Shown piece after piece: positions 62,608-64,000 of a DNA stretch of 64,000 bases. The notes below the pieces were generated by a model. It ran no database searches and was not told where the DNA came from. It worked only from the letters and a program-made list of their open reading frames with translations. The translations under genes and the position numbers were made by a program. Source of the DNA: Longimicrobiales bacterium (lineage in GTDB: Bacteria; Gemmatimonadota; Gemmatimonadetes; Longimicrobiales; Gaopeijiaceae); the NCBI GenBank assembly GCA_965238005.1, contig OZ250165.1, positions 192,001 through 256,000 of the forward strand. The letters run 5' to 3'. Within the stretch, counting starts at the first letter, position 1. Each line of letters starts with the position of its first letter.

Positions 62608-64000
62608 GCCCCGTCCTTCGCCGCATGGGCGTCAATGAACGCTCCAGCATCGATACCCACGGGTTCCCCGGTCTTCAGCGAATCGAGAGCCCCGAACGTG
62701 GCGAGGCTCGTCGCCACGAGAGATTCGAAGGAGATCGGCGGTGTGCCGCCCGACGCCAGCACGCCTAGGAGCGCCTCCCACTCCCCCCGATAACCCTTGT
62801 CCTGCCTCAACCGCTCGCGGACAACCGTCCGTTTCCCTCCCTCGTAGAGCGCGAGAGTGCGGAAGTCCTCCAGCACCGCGGAGGTGCTGCCACAGAACAC
62901 CTCACAACGCTCCTTGCCCAGGCCCCGGTCCCCACTCGCCACGTAGGTGACCGTGCCCACGGAGCCATCCTGGAAGTCCAGGGTCATCGTAATGTTGTCA
63001 CCGCGAAAGAACCCTCGGTCGGGTGGACCAGTCGCGTGGACGCGGACAGGCAGCGAGTCGGTGAGAAACGAGAGGAAGTCGATGAAGTGACAAGCTTCTC
63101 CGACGATGCGCCCGCCGCCGACCTCCGGATCATGCACCCAGTGCTCGGCCGGGATGTGACCCGCGTTGACGCGGTAGTGGGCCATCAGAGGCCCGATGGA
63201 CCGCGACAGGAAGTCTGCAAGCCTGATGGCCATGGGAGCGAAGCGGCGATTGTAGCCGACCAGCAGCAGCCGACCGGCGTCGGCCGCCTCCAACGCGGGG
63301 GATACCAGATCGGCAAGCTCGACCTGATTGAGGCAGAGCGGCTTCTCACAGAAGACGTGCTTTCCTGCTCCCAACGCTTGCGCGACCTGTCGTGCGTGTA
63401 GGTTATGCCGCGTGGCGATCGCCACGAGATCGATGTTAGGCGCCTCCACAATGGCCGATTCCTCCGTGGTGGCGAGCCCGAACCCGAACCTGCTAGCGGC
63501 ATGGTGAGCCGACGGCCCAGTGGCAGAGCAAATGCTGACAAGCTCGATGCGTCCACCGGGAGCGGCAGACTTTAGGGCCGGGATCAGCGTTCCGACAGCG
63601 AAGTTGCCCGCGCCCAGAAACCCGACACCCATTGCGTCGGCGCCGTCGGACCTCGGCTCGATCGGGCGGAGCTGGATCGAGCGAAGCCAATCCGAGCCCT
63701 CGACCGGCCCTTGCGGGTAAGTGACCAGGATCCCGAGCGACGGACCGGCTCTCCCGGTGAGGAGCTCGTAGGCTTCTTCGCCTCTGTCGATGGGGATCCT
63801 GTGCGTGACGAGAGGGTCGACCTGGACGGTTCCTCGCGCCAGCATCTCCAAGAAAGCTTCCATGTTCCGGTTCTCGGTCCATCGGACGAACCCCACCGGA
63901 TAGTCCACGCCCCCCTCCTCGTAGAGCGGGTCGTAGCGGCCCGGGCCGTAAGAGCGGGAGATCCGGAAGGAGAGCTCCTTTCCGTAATAGGTGGGCCGGG
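62604..64000 (-). CDS. Bi-domain oxidoreductase (Zn-ADH plus Gfo/Idh/MocA), 5' end outside the window
   Basis: SRSYGPGRYDPLYEE..DYPVGFVRWTENRN, GAGNF, VFCEKP, GGRIVGEACHFID. Confidence 0.9.
   Translation of the reverse strand, partial: RPTYYGKELSFRISRSYGPGRYDPLYEEGGVDYPVGFVRWTENRNMEAFLEMLARGTVQVDPLVTHRIPIDRGEEAYELLTGRAGPSLGILVTYPQGPVEGSDWLRSIQLRPIEPRSDGADAMGVGFLGAGNFAVGTLIPALKSAAPGGRIELVSICSATGPSAHHAASRFGFGLATTEESAIVEAPNIDLVAIATRHNLHARQVAQALGAGKHVFCEKPLCLNQVELADLVSPALEAADAGRLLLVGYNRRFAPMAIRLADFLSRSIGPLMAHYRVNAGHIPAEHWVHDPEVGGGRIVGEACHFIDFLSFLTDSLPVRVHATGPPDRGFFRGDNITMTLDFQDGSVGTVTYVASGDRGLGKERCEVFCGSTSAVLEDFRTLALYEGGKRTVVRERLRQDKGYRGEWEALLGVLASGGTPPISFESLVATSLATFGALDSLKTGEPVGIDAGAFIDAHAAKDGA

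Overview
High-GC bacterial chromosomal window. Gene order and content (ftsK-comB-accCB-efp-aroQ, tatA-DUF4321-ispB, lptD-tatC-nrdR-tol/pal, hemA-ccsA, tsaEB-rimI, uvrB-relA, long secA, nadD-bamD) suggest Gemmatimonadota; this is inference only. Positions 1-43.5 kb are mostly core minus-strand operons. They are interrupted by three copies of a nested-palindrome MITE-like element, a collapsed DUF11 lipoprotein relic, and an orphan antitoxin in front of a radC that lacks a canonical start. Positions 43.6-64 kb are a nucleotide-sugar/surface-polysaccharide locus with two unusual properties. First, two consecutive pathway enzymes, UDP-glucose dehydrogenase (ugd) and UDP-glucuronate decarboxylase (uxs), each carry an intein. 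Second, the ~13 kb between wecB and uxs is a layered record of past events: divergent 5'-only ugd and uxs copies, a repeated ugd-leader motif, five intact-looking TA pairs plus many broken ones, four copies of a variable-heptad coiled-coil ORF, a 1695-bp-period duplication and an IS21 stump. No integrase is visible in the window. No rRNA, tRNA or CRISPR array was recognised. All family assignments come from motif recognition by eye, not database searches.
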